Shown here: positions 1 through 9,958 of the stretch, piece after piece
How positions within the stretch are numbered: position 1 is the stretch's first letter
Layout of the letters: the number at the start of each line of letters is the position of its first letter
NCBI GenBank assembly: GCA_041645495.1
Contig: JBAZPZ010000001.1
Span: forward strand, 9,730 to 73,729
From: Fidelibacterota bacterium
GTDB taxonomy: Bacteria; Fidelibacterota; UBA2242
Length of the DNA: 64,000 bases
Direction of reading: 5' to 3'
Position numbers and translations under genes: made by a program
Notes under the pieces: model-generated
Told to the model about the DNA's origin: nothing
Seen by the model: the letters and a program-made list of their open reading frames with translations, nothing else
Database searches by the model: none

Positions 1-256
1 TGTCGGCGATCTGGCGATGAATTTTCTCAGATGGACCGGCATTCGTTACCGTCCGATTTACTGCGAAAACATCGAACAGGTTTTCCTCAACTGGAAAAAG
101 GTCGTGGATGCGGGAGCATTGACGATCTATCCGTCACACGGTAAACCGTTTCCGGCAGTCAAACTCATCACATCGAAATGGTACAAACTATCCCAGAATC
201 AACCTGATAAAAAGAACGAATCGGCCGAGCAACAGACCGATCCGCTTATCCGGTAG
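1..256 (+). CDS. 3' end of a CDS running in from upstream of the window; possibly the C-terminus of an MBL-fold metallo-hydrolase
   Basis: The reading frame is open from base 2 with no upstream stop. The motif 'TIYPSHGKPF' resembles the C-terminal PxHG metal-ligand motif of MBL-fold proteins. It is partial, so the call is weak. Confidence 0.3.
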   Translation, partial: VGDLAMNFLRWTGIRYRPIYCENIEQVFLNWKKVVDAGALTIYPSHGKPFPAVKLITSKWYKLSQNQPDKKNESAEQQTDPLIR

Positions 257-264
257 ATGAATGA

Positions 265-1473
265 CTAACCTTCAGGATTTTCAGGAAGGAAAACTTTTCC
301 GCCTATAACCGTTTTCCAGACGGATAAGTCCGGATTCAACAAAACAAGGTCGGCGTCTTTTCCGGTTTCGAGTGAACCTTTCCGGTCGCTGATTCCCAGC
401 AATTTCGCCGGCTGGATCGTCACGGTGTCGATCGCCGTCTTCAGGTCGCAACCGGTAAACCGCAGGAATCTCTTCGCGATTTCCAGTACGCTCAGCGAAG
501 TACCGATGAGCGTTCCGTCGGGATAAGCGGCGGCGCCGTTCTTCGAGTCGTATTCTTTGCCATTGTAAATGTATCGGCCGTCCGGCAATCCCATCGCCTG
601 AATTCCGTCGGTGATACATATGCAACGTTCTTTGCCCAGAATTCTGTAGAGCATGTCGATGATTCCCGGGTGCAGATGAACGCCATCGCTGATAATCTGA
701 GCGGTGATGGTGTCAGATTCGAAAATCGCTGCCACCGGACCGGGAAACCGGTGATGCAGTGACGGCATGGCATTGAAAATGTGTGTGACATGGCTAATCC
801 CTATCCTAAATCCCGCCCGGGCTTCATCGTAGCTGGCGTTTGAATGTCCAAACGACGGAATGACGTTCGCGTCTATCAGTTGACAAACGACAGAATGATT
901 GCCTTTTATCTCAGGCGCGATAGTCATCATTTTAAGCGTATTGCCAGTAATGTCGAGAATTTCGTCAAGTGAGCCATCTTTCGGCGGATAAATGTTCTGA
1001 ATCGAAATCCCGCCGCATTTGACCGGATTGATGAATGGTCCTTCGAGATGAATACCGAGGACCATAGCTCCGCCGAGGTCTTTGCCGACTTCTTCGGTAA
1101 CGACGCGCAGGTGACGATTTTTTTCGGCCGGTTTCACGACGGTGGTCGCGAGGAAACCGGTGATTCCCAGCCGCGCTAACGTGTGCGACATCGTCGATAG
1201 CGCTTCTTCGGTTCCGTCCAAAACGTCCGCGCCGCCCGCGCCCTGAATGTGAATGTCGATCAATCCCGGAATCATCGTCCGACCGCCGGCATCGATTTCA
1301 TGCTGGAAACGTTCATTTTCTGAAAAATTACCGATCGACGCGATCTTCCCATCGGCGATGGTAACGTCGGTCATCGCGGCCGGATTTTCCGAGTTGTAAA
1401 GTTTACAATTGCGAATTAAAAGTTGATTTTTCATAATTCCTTGAGGTTTAGAACATTTCGTCGATTCTGACAA
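265..1473 (-). CDS. nagA: N-acetylglucosamine-6-phosphate deacetylase (amidohydrolase family)
   Basis: The 402-aa ORF carries the amidohydrolase metal motifs 'DIHIQGAGG' and 'HLEGPF', and the overall NagA architecture. Confidence 0.8.
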   Translation of the reverse strand: MSESTKCSKPQGIMKNQLLIRNCKLYNSENPAAMTDVTIADGKIASIGNFSENERFQHEIDAGGRTMIPGLIDIHIQGAGGADVLDGTEEALSTMSHTLARLGITGFLATTVVKPAEKNRHLRVVTEEVGKDLGGAMVLGIHLEGPFINPVKCGGISIQNIYPPKDGSLDEILDITGNTLKMMTIAPEIKGNHSVVCQLIDANVIPSFGHSNASYDEARAGFRIGISHVTHIFNAMPSLHHRFPGPVAAIFESDTITAQIISDGVHLHPGIIDMLYRILGKERCICITDGIQAMGLPDGRYIYNGKEYDSKNGAAAYPDGTLIGTSLSVLEIAKRFLRFTGCDLKTAIDTVTIQPAKLLGISDRKGSLETGKDADLVLLNPDLSVWKTVIGGKVFLPENPEG

Positions 1474-2245
1474 AGCGATATCCTTTCGAGATCAGGATAT
1501 CGAGCAATTCGCCGAGACGACGATAGAATTTATCCGTCCGTTCCGGATGCGTTCCGATGTGCGTCAACAGAAAGAAACCGTTCAGCCCGTTCGGATCTTT
1601 TTTCTCATAGTCCAGAATGCTTTGGAAAATGGCTTCGGTCGGTCGGTAATTTCTCTCCGACGGAATGGTATAATCGGCGCTGGAAAGCGTTCCCGGCGTG
1701 TAGTTGATCAACGTGACGTCCATCTGTTTGGCCCAGACAGTCACCGAATCGTTGTACCATTCGTAGGCCGGCATGAAATAGCGGGATTTTTCGTCGATGC
1801 CGAAACGTTTCATTTCCCGGTAATTAGCCAGAAGATCGGATTGAAACTGCGCCCGATCGACCAACAACGAATCGCGCTTTTCCCATGTGCAATAGAGCAA
1901 ATGTTTGTCCGAATGCGGCCCGAGATAATGTTCCGCCTGAACGAGTTTCGGAATTAATTCCAGTGTTCCGGCGTTCCGGTAAAAATCGCCCGTGAAAAAG
2001 AAAGTCGCCCGGATGTTTCGTTCCTTCAGCGTTTTTAAAATAATCTCGCCGCCGTCATAAAAATCGCCGCCGGTAAAAATCAGCGCAATGGTTTTCGCCG
2101 ACCTGTCGCCGCGCACGATTCCGCCGCAGGAGTAAGAATATTTTCCTCCTTTTTCAGGATTCTGTGCCAATAAAAAGGCTAAACTGCTGAGTGATAAGAC
2201 GATCAATCCAAGAGCCGTCAGGAAAATATTTCTGCCGAAATTCAT
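1448..2245 (-). CDS. Polysaccharide deacetylase (NodB/CE4-like) family protein with an N-terminal signal peptide
   Basis: The 265-aa ORF has a hydrophobic signal-like N-terminus. The 'FFFTGDF...HSDKH...LLTHIGTH' pattern is typical of divergent polysaccharide deacetylases. Its 3' end overlaps the nagA start. Confidence 0.65.
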   Translation of the reverse strand: MNFGRNIFLTALGLIVLSLSSLAFLLAQNPEKGGKYSYSCGGIVRGDRSAKTIALIFTGGDFYDGGEIILKTLKERNIRATFFFTGDFYRNAGTLELIPKLVQAEHYLGPHSDKHLLYCTWEKRDSLLVDRAQFQSDLLANYREMKRFGIDEKSRYFMPAYEWYNDSVTVWAKQMDVTLINYTPGTLSSADYTIPSERNYRPTEAIFQSILDYEKKDPNGLNGFFLLTHIGTHPERTDKFYRRLGELLDILISKGYRFVRIDEMF

Positions 2246-2319
2246 CGTTTATCTCTCTTAAATTCTGTTTGTATCGTGTGTGTCAGTGACATGCACATTT
2301 CTGCCAAATGTAATTAGTT

Positions 2320-4950
2320 TTGCGGTTTTTTCCCATCCCAACATCGCGCTCCGTTCGGGGAAAATTCCGTGAGACGGACAAAACCGTTCAGGCCGTTCGG
2401 AAAGACAACGAGCCAATCACGATCGATGGAAAATTGACCGAATCCGCATGGAATCTGGCACCGGAAGGCGAATCGTTCATTCAGCGCGATCCCGATGAAG
2501 GAAAACCAGCCACCGAAAGAACGATTTTCAAAGTGCTCTACGACGACAGGAATTTGTACATCTGCGTTCTGGCATACGATTCGGAACCAACCAAAATCCG
2601 CGGAATGCTGACGAGACGCGATAACGATTCACCCTCGGACTGGATCGGAATTTCGATCGACAGTTACAACGACAAACGGACGGCATTCGAGTTCGGAATA
2701 AACGCCGCCGGCGTCAAATACGACGTTTTGTGGTTCGACGACGATTCTCAGGATTTCAACTGGGATGCGATCTGGGATGGCGCCGTCCATATCGATTCGA
2801 CCGGCTGGATCGCCGAGTTCCGGATTCCATTTAAGGAACTCCGGTTTTCAGACGACAACAGTCACGGCTGGGGCTTCAACGTGACGCGCACAATCTCCCG
2901 AAAAAACGAAGAATCCTACTGGACGCCGATTCCAAAGAACGAACCGGGCTGGGTTTCACATTACGGCAGGTTGAACGGAATTACATTGGTTCCCAAGCAG
3001 AAACGGATTTACGTCGCGCCGTATCTGACCGCCGGATCGATGATATCTCAAGATCTGGTCACGGAAATTCATCCGGAAAAATACGATCGCGCCAGCAATA
3101 TCGGCGCCGACATCAAATATGGATTGACCAACAACCTGACGCTGGACATGACGATAAATCCGGATTTCGGACAGGTAGAAGCCGATCCGGGCGAATTCAA
3201 CCTGACCGCTTTCGAATCCTATCTGTCCGAGAAGCGGCCATTTTTTACCGAAGGTAGCAATATTTTCAATTCCGGTTTGGGTTTTGGAGATGGTGATGAA
3301 TCGATGACTTCTCTCTTTTATTCGCGGCGAATCGGCAGAGCGCCGCACCGCGTCCTCGACGATGAAGATGATAACGACACGACCTGGACTGAGGAGCCGA
3401 AAATGACAAGCATCCTCGGCGCCGCAAAGATCACCGGAAAAACCACGACCGGCTGGTCTATCGGATTGATCGATGCTCTCACCGAAGAGGAAACCGGGAA
3501 ATTCATCTACCAATCCGGACGAATCGAGACGGAAACCGTCGAACCGTTGACAAATTATTCCGTTTTACGGTTTCAAAAAGATTTCCGAAACGGGCAGACG
3601 ACGATCGGCGGAATGGCCACCGCAACACTACGAAAAATCGACGACCCGAATCTCGTATTTCTTCACGACAGGGCGTTGACATCCGGAATCGACCTCACTC
3701 ACCAATTCCTGAACCGCCGGTATATGATCGAAGCCGCGTTTGCCGTTTCCAACGTTCACGGCAGTCGCGAGGCGATTCTGGAAACACAGGAAAGTCCCCG
3801 GCGATATTTCCAGCGACCGGACGCGCGTCATGTGGGCATCGATAGTTCGCTGACTTCGCTGACAGGCACATGCTACAAATTCGTTCTGGAGAAAATCGGT
3901 GGAAAACACTGGGAATGGGCGACGGGTGTTTTATCTTACAGCCCGGAATTCGAGACCAACGACGTCGGTTATGTTCGACAGGTCGATGAAACACTGGAAT
4001 TTCAGTGGATCGGCTATTCCGAACGAACACCGGGCAGTTGGTATCGCAGTTACAACTTGAACACTGCTCATTGGAACATCTGGGATTACGAGCCGAAATA
4101 CTTAGGAAACGGATTCAGCACGAACGTTACTCTCAATTTTTTAAACTATTGGTCAATCCGGGGCGGCGTTCAACATAACAGTCAAGGAATTGCAAACAAT
4201 GTCCTTCGCGGCGGTCCCTCTTTCCAAATGCCGGGCAGAACCAATTTCTGGTGCGGCGTCAATTCCGACTCCCGGAAAAAAATCTTTGGGCAGATAAACC
4301 TTACCGGCTGGAGCAATGCCGACCAGTCGGTCGGAATGATCATCTCGCCTCAACTTCAAATTCGTCCGACGACAAACCTGAAAGTCTCTTTAACCCCGAC
4401 CTTCCGAAACGAATACGATTCATGGGGCTGGGTCGATGATGTCAAGGATGGCACAGGCGGCCATCATTACATTTTCGCGAATGTACACCAAAAGACATTT
4501 TCCTGCATTATCCGACTGGATTTTACATTGACGCCGAATTTATCCATTCAATTCTACGGCGAGCCTTTCCTGACGGCGGGCAAATATCGGCATTTCACCG
4601 AAGCCGCTTATCCGCGTGTCGGACGGTTTCGGGATCAATTCAGAGATTTTTCATCCGGCGAAGTCGATTATTTCCCCGAAAACGAACAATTTGGCGTCGA
4701 TACCAATACGGACGGCTCTTACGAATACTGGTTCGATCAGCCGGATTTCAACTATAAACAATTCCGGAGCAATCTGGTAATCCGCTGGGAATATCTTCCG
4801 GGATCGCTGATCTATTTGGTCTGGTCGAACGGTTATACGGATTCCAACAGCATCGGAACGTTTGATTTCCGGCACGACGTCCGCGACTTGTTTGCCGCTT
4901 CACCGGAAAATGTGCTGATGGTGAAACTGAGCTATTTGTTGAACCGATAA
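2320..4950 (+). CDS. DUF5916-family protein with an N-terminal CBM9-like domain (usually secreted or outer-membrane); here it uses a TTG start and has no signal peptide
   Basis: The 876-aa ORF begins 'ITIDGKLTESAW...RDPDEGKPATE...YDDRNLYI', matching the CBM9-like/DUF5916 N-terminus, and is followed by a long beta-rich region. In-frame stops lie immediately upstream, so the start cannot be extended. Confidence 0.55.
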   Translation: MRFFPIPTSRSVRGKFRETDKTVQAVRKDNEPITIDGKLTESAWNLAPEGESFIQRDPDEGKPATERTIFKVLYDDRNLYICVLAYDSEPTKIRGMLTRRDNDSPSDWIGISIDSYNDKRTAFEFGINAAGVKYDVLWFDDDSQDFNWDAIWDGAVHIDSTGWIAEFRIPFKELRFSDDNSHGWGFNVTRTISRKNEESYWTPIPKNEPGWVSHYGRLNGITLVPKQKRIYVAPYLTAGSMISQDLVTEIHPEKYDRASNIGADIKYGLTNNLTLDMTINPDFGQVEADPGEFNLTAFESYLSEKRPFFTEGSNIFNSGLGFGDGDESMTSLFYSRRIGRAPHRVLDDEDDNDTTWTEEPKMTSILGAAKITGKTTTGWSIGLIDALTEEETGKFIYQSGRIETETVEPLTNYSVLRFQKDFRNGQTTIGGMATATLRKIDDPNLVFLHDRALTSGIDLTHQFLNRRYMIEAAFAVSNVHGSREAILETQESPRRYFQRPDARHVGIDSSLTSLTGTCYKFVLEKIGGKHWEWATGVLSYSPEFETNDVGYVRQVDETLEFQWIGYSERTPGSWYRSYNLNTAHWNIWDYEPKYLGNGFSTNVTLNFLNYWSIRGGVQHNSQGIANNVLRGGPSFQMPGRTNFWCGVNSDSRKKIFGQINLTGWSNADQSVGMIISPQLQIRPTTNLKVSLTPTFRNEYDSWGWVDDVKDGTGGHHYIFANVHQKTFSCIIRLDFTLTPNLSIQFYGEPFLTAGKYRHFTEAAYPRVGRFRDQFRDFSSGEVDYFPENEQFGVDTNTDGSYEYWFDQPDFNYKQFRSNLVIRWEYLPGSLIYLVWSNGYTDSNSIGTFDFRHDVRDLFAASPENVLMVKLSYLLNR

Positions 4951-4975
4951 ACACGACACGACATACATCCCACAC

Positions 4976-5010
4976 TGGGTCCGGAGAAATTCGGACCCAT
5001 TCTACTTTCA
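4976..5010 (+). terminator. Rho-independent terminator downstream of the DUF5916 gene
   Basis: An 8-bp stem tgggtccg/cggaccca (4976-4983 and 4992-4999) is followed by a T-rich tract ttctactttc. Confidence 0.5.
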
Positions 5011-5157
5011 AATCCGGCGTTGTTTTTTTTCTGGAACGATTTTTCCCAAACGATCCGAACATTTGCATTCGGGAATCCGGTTTTTCCTCTTGAATATTTA
5101 TCGAAATATCGGTAGCATAGGCCGGTTCGTTTAAGAAGCCATGAAATCAGGAAAAAT

Positions 5158-6414
5158 ATGAAGATCGTTTCTCCGCTCACACCTCAGCCGCTCAGGCTGG
5201 TCAATTCTATCCAACATTATTCATGGGGCATGCGCGGAGAGTCCGCATTCATTCCGAAACTTCTCGGCATTCCCGCCGAACCGGACACGGCATACGCCGA
5301 ACTCTGGATGGGCGCGCATCCCGGCGCTCCTTCACAAGTTTTGCTGGGCAATTCCCAAATTCCGCTAACGGAGTTGATCCGTCAGCATCCGCAGGAAATT
5401 TTAGGATTGCAGGTGGTTTCGCACTTTGGAAAACAGTTGCCGTTTTTGTTCAAAATCCTTTCCGCCGGAGAGGTTCTGTCGATTCAGGTTCATCCGGATA
5501 AAAAACAGGCGATAGCGCTCCATCAATCCGATCCGAAACATTATCCCGACGAAACGCATAAACCCGAAATCGCCATCGCGCTGGACGAACTGACGGCACT
5601 GGTCGGTTTCAAAGATACGATCGGAACACTCGCTGCACTGAAGGATTACCCGGAAATCACAGATTTCATCGGGAACGAAACCGTATCGTCTTTTCAATCG
5701 AAACCGGACGGAACGAAAGCCAGACAACGGTTTTTTTCCGCCTTCTTCCGTTTTTCCATCAAAAAGCGGGACGAGTTGCAGAATTCGATCGATCGTCTCG
5801 AACGCCGCCTGCTGTCGCTTCCCGCGCCGACCGAAGCCGAATCCCTTTTTCTGGAATTGCGGAAGAAATATCCCGGCCCGGACATTGGATTGTTTGGGCT
5901 GTTTTTCCTGAATCTGATTCACCTGAAAACCGGTGAAGCGATCTTTTTACCGGCTGGCGTTCCGCACGCTTATGTCCATGGAAATATCATTGAATGTATG
6001 GCGAATTCCGACAATGTCGTCCGCGCCGGACTAACACCTAAGTTTCAGGATATTCCGACGCTGATCGACATACTCGATTATTCCGGAGAAAATCTTACGA
6101 TATTGACCGACGATGAAAACGCCGAACGCCTGGTTTACGCGACGGCCGCTGATGAGTTTGTCGTTCAACGGTATCGGCTCTCAGTTAAAAAACCGATGCT
6201 TATCCAAAAGTTCCAAACCCCGGAAATCCTGATCTGCGTCGAAGGTGAAGCCGATCTCATCTATCCGGTTGACGGCTCGACGCAAACGATTCGCCTCCGA
6301 GCCGGGGAATCGGTTCTTGTCCCGGCGATCTCGGAACACTATGAATTAAAGACAGAGGAGCGAGCGGTCGTCTTTTCAGCTTCGACGCCGTATCGATTTA
6401 CTCCGCAGTCATAA
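5158..6414 (+). CDS. manA: Mannose-6-phosphate isomerase, type I
   Basis: The 418-aa ORF carries the conserved 'LSIQVHPDKKQA' and 'KPEIAIALDELTALVGF' PMI type I motifs. Confidence 0.8.
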   Translation: MKIVSPLTPQPLRLVNSIQHYSWGMRGESAFIPKLLGIPAEPDTAYAELWMGAHPGAPSQVLLGNSQIPLTELIRQHPQEILGLQVVSHFGKQLPFLFKILSAGEVLSIQVHPDKKQAIALHQSDPKHYPDETHKPEIAIALDELTALVGFKDTIGTLAALKDYPEITDFIGNETVSSFQSKPDGTKARQRFFSAFFRFSIKKRDELQNSIDRLERRLLSLPAPTEAESLFLELRKKYPGPDIGLFGLFFLNLIHLKTGEAIFLPAGVPHAYVHGNIIECMANSDNVVRAGLTPKFQDIPTLIDILDYSGENLTILTDDENAERLVYATAADEFVVQRYRLSVKKPMLIQKFQTPEILICVEGEADLIYPVDGSTQTIRLRAGESVLVPAISEHYELKTEERAVVFSASTPYRFTPQS

Positions 6415-6425
6415 ATGGAGAAACC

Positions 6426-6716
6426 ATGTCCGCATATTTCATAACCCAGATCACTATCGATGACCCAATCGAATATGAAAAATATCTCGACGGCTTTGAC
6501 GACGTCTTCTCAAAATATCGCGGCGAAGTTCTCGCGGTTGACGACGAACCGGCGCTCCTTGAAGGCGATTTCCGTCATCATCGCGTCGTCCTGATTCGTT
6601 TTCAGGATGAAGCCGAGTTAAAACGCTGGTACGATTCCCCGGAATATCAACAATTAGCCAAATACCGGCATCGGTCTGCACGAGCCGATATTCTCCTGGT
6701 TCACGGATACGACTGA
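6426..6716 (+). CDS. DUF1330 domain protein
   Basis: The 96-aa ORF has the typical DUF1330 length and pattern (Y..Y.......G...A.DD.P..LEG). Confidence 0.6.
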   Translation: MSAYFITQITIDDPIEYEKYLDGFDDVFSKYRGEVLAVDDEPALLEGDFRHHRVVLIRFQDEAELKRWYDSPEYQQLAKYRHRSARADILLVHGYD

Positions 6717-6754
6717 TTCGGATGAATCTATCATAAAAATTCTAAGGATAATTC

Positions 6755-7615
6755 ATGTGGTATTTAATTTCTCTCCTTTCCGGTTTCTTCATGGCGACCG
6801 CGGATGCGTACACCAAAAAGGAATCCACCCGCACACAGGCTATCGTGTTGTCATGGATTCGCGAAGCCTATGCGCTTCCGTTTCTATTACCGATTCTCGC
6901 CTTTATCGATATTCCACCGATTGGCTGGACTTTCATCGGCGCTCTGGCGATTTGCGTCGTCGTCGATCTGATCACGACTTTTTTGTACATGCGCGCTCTT
7001 CAAATCGCTCCGCTTTCTCTGACGGTTCCGTACCTCGGATTATCGCCGTTATTTCTTCTCGTGATTCCAACAATCGTTTTGGGTGAAACTCTCTCGCTGG
7101 CAGGAATTATTGGCGTGATTCTTATCTCGATGGGAACGTATCTGTTACAAATCGACCGCGCAAAGTACGGAATATTCGAACCGTGGCTGGCTATTTTTAA
7201 AAACCGCGGTTCGTTATACATGTTCATCGTCGCAGTGTGCTACGCGGTGACAGCGACATTCGGCAAACTGGCGATCCAGCATTCGTCACCGCTTTTCTTT
7301 GCCATTATTTACTTTTTCCTGTTAGCTGTCGGATTCACGCCGTTCGCGCTGATTTCCACCAAAGGGAAAATCAAACCGTTGTTACAATTTCCGCGCGAGC
7401 GGATACGAATCGGTCTGACGATGGCATTGATGGCTGTCTTTCATTTCACCGCCATCGGAATGATTCAGGTCGCCTACATGATTTCCCTGAAACGACTCTC
7501 GTTGTTGTTCGCAATTTTATACGGATGGTGGTTTTTCCACGAGAAAAACATCCGGGCGCGACTATTCGGAGGGACGATCATTATTGTCGGCGCGGTGTGT
7601 ATCGCATTTGCTTAG
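6755..7615 (+). CDS. EamA/DMT-family transporter
   Basis: The 286-aa ORF has about 10 hydrophobic helices and a two-EamA-repeat organisation. Confidence 0.65.
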   Translation: MWYLISLLSGFFMATADAYTKKESTRTQAIVLSWIREAYALPFLLPILAFIDIPPIGWTFIGALAICVVVDLITTFLYMRALQIAPLSLTVPYLGLSPLFLLVIPTIVLGETLSLAGIIGVILISMGTYLLQIDRAKYGIFEPWLAIFKNRGSLYMFIVAVCYAVTATFGKLAIQHSSPLFFAIIYFFLLAVGFTPFALISTKGKIKPLLQFPRERIRIGLTMALMAVFHFTAIGMIQVAYMISLKRLSLLFAILYGWWFFHEKNIRARLFGGTIIIVGAVCIAFA

Positions 7616-7633
7616 CCGCATCGGAAAATATTT

Positions 7634-8716
7634 TTATATCGAAAAAATCGGAATTCTTCGCCCGACAACGACACTCACACCGAGTTCACGCGCCCGTTCA
7701 ACGAAGCCATGATAGATTTTATGTGAAACGAAGACAAATCCCTTGGCGTTCAGAAGTTTGATCGTTTGCTGAAAGGCTTTTAGTTCCGTGAACGAATCAT
7801 GCGTAATCGGATACGAAAAACACTGGAAAATATAGAGCGAACTTCCTTTCATCAGCGCAATATCGATCAGGCACTCGTTCTTGATCCCTTCCGGAACGGA
7901 GTCTCTGTCGAGCCGCACATCTAACCGGACGTCGTCGTACTGACTCTTGTGCACACGGAGGAAGACCATTTCCCGGAGCCAACCGCCGTTCAGCAGATAT
8001 TCATCAGGATTCGCGACGATTTCGACCATTTTCTGACTGGCGCCGCCGCCGAACTTGAATTTCATTCTGTCCTGTTCTGCTTCATATTCGATCTGGAGTT
8101 TAACCCTTCCGTCGTCATAATTCCATTTCGCGCTTTGTTTGACATTGCCCATTTTATTCCATTCGTCCCGGATTTTGTCGATAAACGGCATCAGATTGTC
8201 CATGTTGACTGCAATGAAATAGGTCAGCGGGCTTCTTCTGCCGATTTCCGGATCGAAGCGGGTTCCGGAGGTCATTTTGATTCCCTGTAGCGCGATGAAC
8301 TCGTTCACCGTCAGCGCAAGCTGGTAATATTTCGATTCACCCTGGCCGATATTGACAATCTTGGAATGATGCGTATCGATGTAGAAAACCTCTTTGTTGG
8401 CTTTTCGGAAAATGTCCACTGCCAAAGCCGCCTGCAGACGATCGCCGCCGGTAACATTCAACAAAATATCGTGTTCGGGATAATCGCGGAGAACGCCCTG
8501 ACAAAGTTTAACAAAGGAATCAACGTCGTCGCCGAGAATTTCACGCGTTTCGAACATGGGCGTCATATAAGTTGCAATGGCCGTTTCGATTTGTTGGGCG
8601 ATCGCTTTCTGCCGCGGCGTCCGAAGCCAGACGACGGCGTCCGGTTTTTTCAGTACCAAACCGAGAAAGCCATTGATCGGCGAATCATCAAGAAGGCAAA
8701 CTTCCAGTAAAGGCAT
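7634..8716 (-). CDS. DUF1887-family protein; candidate CARF domain plus PD-(D/E)xK nuclease (Card1/Can2-like cyclic-oligoadenylate effector), with no CRISPR nearby
   Basis: The N-terminal Rossmann-like region of the 360-aa ORF has a 'LLNVTGGDR' motif that resembles the CARF 'TGGTK' signature. The C-terminal region 'DVRLDRD...ECLIDIALMKG' is compatible with a restriction-endonuclease fold. This assignment is from memory of the family and has not been searched. Confidence 0.4.
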   Translation of the reverse strand: MPLLEVCLLDDSPINGFLGLVLKKPDAVVWLRTPRQKAIAQQIETAIATYMTPMFETREILGDDVDSFVKLCQGVLRDYPEHDILLNVTGGDRLQAALAVDIFRKANKEVFYIDTHHSKIVNIGQGESKYYQLALTVNEFIALQGIKMTSGTRFDPEIGRRSPLTYFIAVNMDNLMPFIDKIRDEWNKMGNVKQSAKWNYDDGRVKLQIEYEAEQDRMKFKFGGGASQKMVEIVANPDEYLLNGGWLREMVFLRVHKSQYDDVRLDVRLDRDSVPEGIKNECLIDIALMKGSSLYIFQCFSYPITHDSFTELKAFQQTIKLLNAKGFVFVSHKIYHGFVERARELGVSVVVGRRIPIFSI

Positions 8717-8897
8717 CTTCGACTCCTTTTTTTCCGTTTTTCATATTGTTCAAACGCCTTAAAACTTATTTACGCTTGAATTTACTAATAAATTTTTCTT
8801 TGTCAAGAACGGAATTTTATTTTTCCGGGAAAAGAAGTAAATAAGCAGTTCCCTAAATTGGAAACCGCTTATTTTGGAAATGATGTAGCCGGGATGT

Positions 8898-9944
8898 TTA
8901 TTTTATCGTCGGTTGCAGATAGTGGAATATCTTTCCTTCGTAATTCTTCAGGACGACTTCGTTTTCGTTGATTTCCTGCAAGTATTCGGGAAGAAGCGGA
9001 ATCTTTCCACCACCGCCAGGTGCATCTATGACAAACTGTGGAACGGCCATGCCGGATGTCCATCCGCGGATCGATTTGATGATCTCTAATCCTTTTTCGA
9101 CGCTGGTCCGAAAGTGTTCCGTCCCGTAAACCATGTCCGCCTGATAAATGTAGTAGGGTTTGACGCGGGCGGCCAGCAATTTCTGCATGAGTTTTTTCAT
9201 CACCACCGGATCATCGTTGACGCCTTTGAGCAGGACGGTCTGATCGCCCAACGGAATTCCTGCGTCGGCAAGTCGTCCCAGCGCCTTCACGGCGACCGGC
9301 GTCAGTTCATCCGGATGATTGAAATGCACGTTCATATAGAGCGGATGATATTTTTTCAGCATCTTGACGAGTTTGCTGGTGATTCGCTGGGGCAGGTAAC
9401 AAGGGACACGCGTGCCGATTCGGAGAATCTCGATGTGTTTGATCTTACGAAGCCTCGATAAGACGCTCTCGATCTGCTTATCGCTGAGAAGCAACGGATC
9501 GCCGCCCGAAATAATCACATCCCGGATTTCCGGATGGCTGGCAATGTACTTGATTCCCTGATCGATGAATTTCAGACTGATCTTGGTCGGGTCGCCGACT
9601 TTTCGCTTGCGGGTGCAAAACCGGCAGTACGAAGCGCAGTCGTGCGAAACCAAAAACAGGCATCTGTCGGGATACCGATGCACGATGCTGGGAACGGGCG
9701 AATCCTTTTCCTCGCAAAGCGGATCGGAAAATAGTTTATCCTGCTGAAGTTCCGCCAAGTCGGGAATGACCTGTTTATAGATCGGATCGCCTTTTTCCTT
9801 GATCAGCGATAAATAATACGGATTGATTTTGATATCGAATACCTTATCCAATCCTTTCAACTCTTCAATCGGAATGTTGAATTTTTCCGAGATTTCCTCG
9901 ATGGTCGTCAGACTTTTCTTTAATATTTTTTGCCACCGCTCCAT
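8898..9944 (-). CDS. Lysine 2,3-aminomutase family radical-SAM enzyme (KamA/AblA/EpmB-like)
   Basis: The 348-aa ORF has the CxxxCxxC radical-SAM motif 'CASYCRFCTRK' and KamA-family sequence throughout. Confidence 0.8.
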   Translation of the reverse strand: MERWQKILKKSLTTIEEISEKFNIPIEELKGLDKVFDIKINPYYLSLIKEKGDPIYKQVIPDLAELQQDKLFSDPLCEEKDSPVPSIVHRYPDRCLFLVSHDCASYCRFCTRKRKVGDPTKISLKFIDQGIKYIASHPEIRDVIISGGDPLLLSDKQIESVLSRLRKIKHIEILRIGTRVPCYLPQRITSKLVKMLKKYHPLYMNVHFNHPDELTPVAVKALGRLADAGIPLGDQTVLLKGVNDDPVVMKKLMQKLLAARVKPYYIYQADMVYGTEHFRTSVEKGLEIIKSIRGWTSGMAVPQFVIDAPGGGGKIPLLPEYLQEINENEVVLKNYEGKIFHYLQPTIK

Positions 9945-9958
9945 GGCTGATTCGACTC

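Noticed and set aside
281-791. 114-aa and 99-aa minus-strand ORFs inside nagA in other frames.
   Set aside because: They are Arg-rich, alternative-frame artefacts of the nagA coding sequence.
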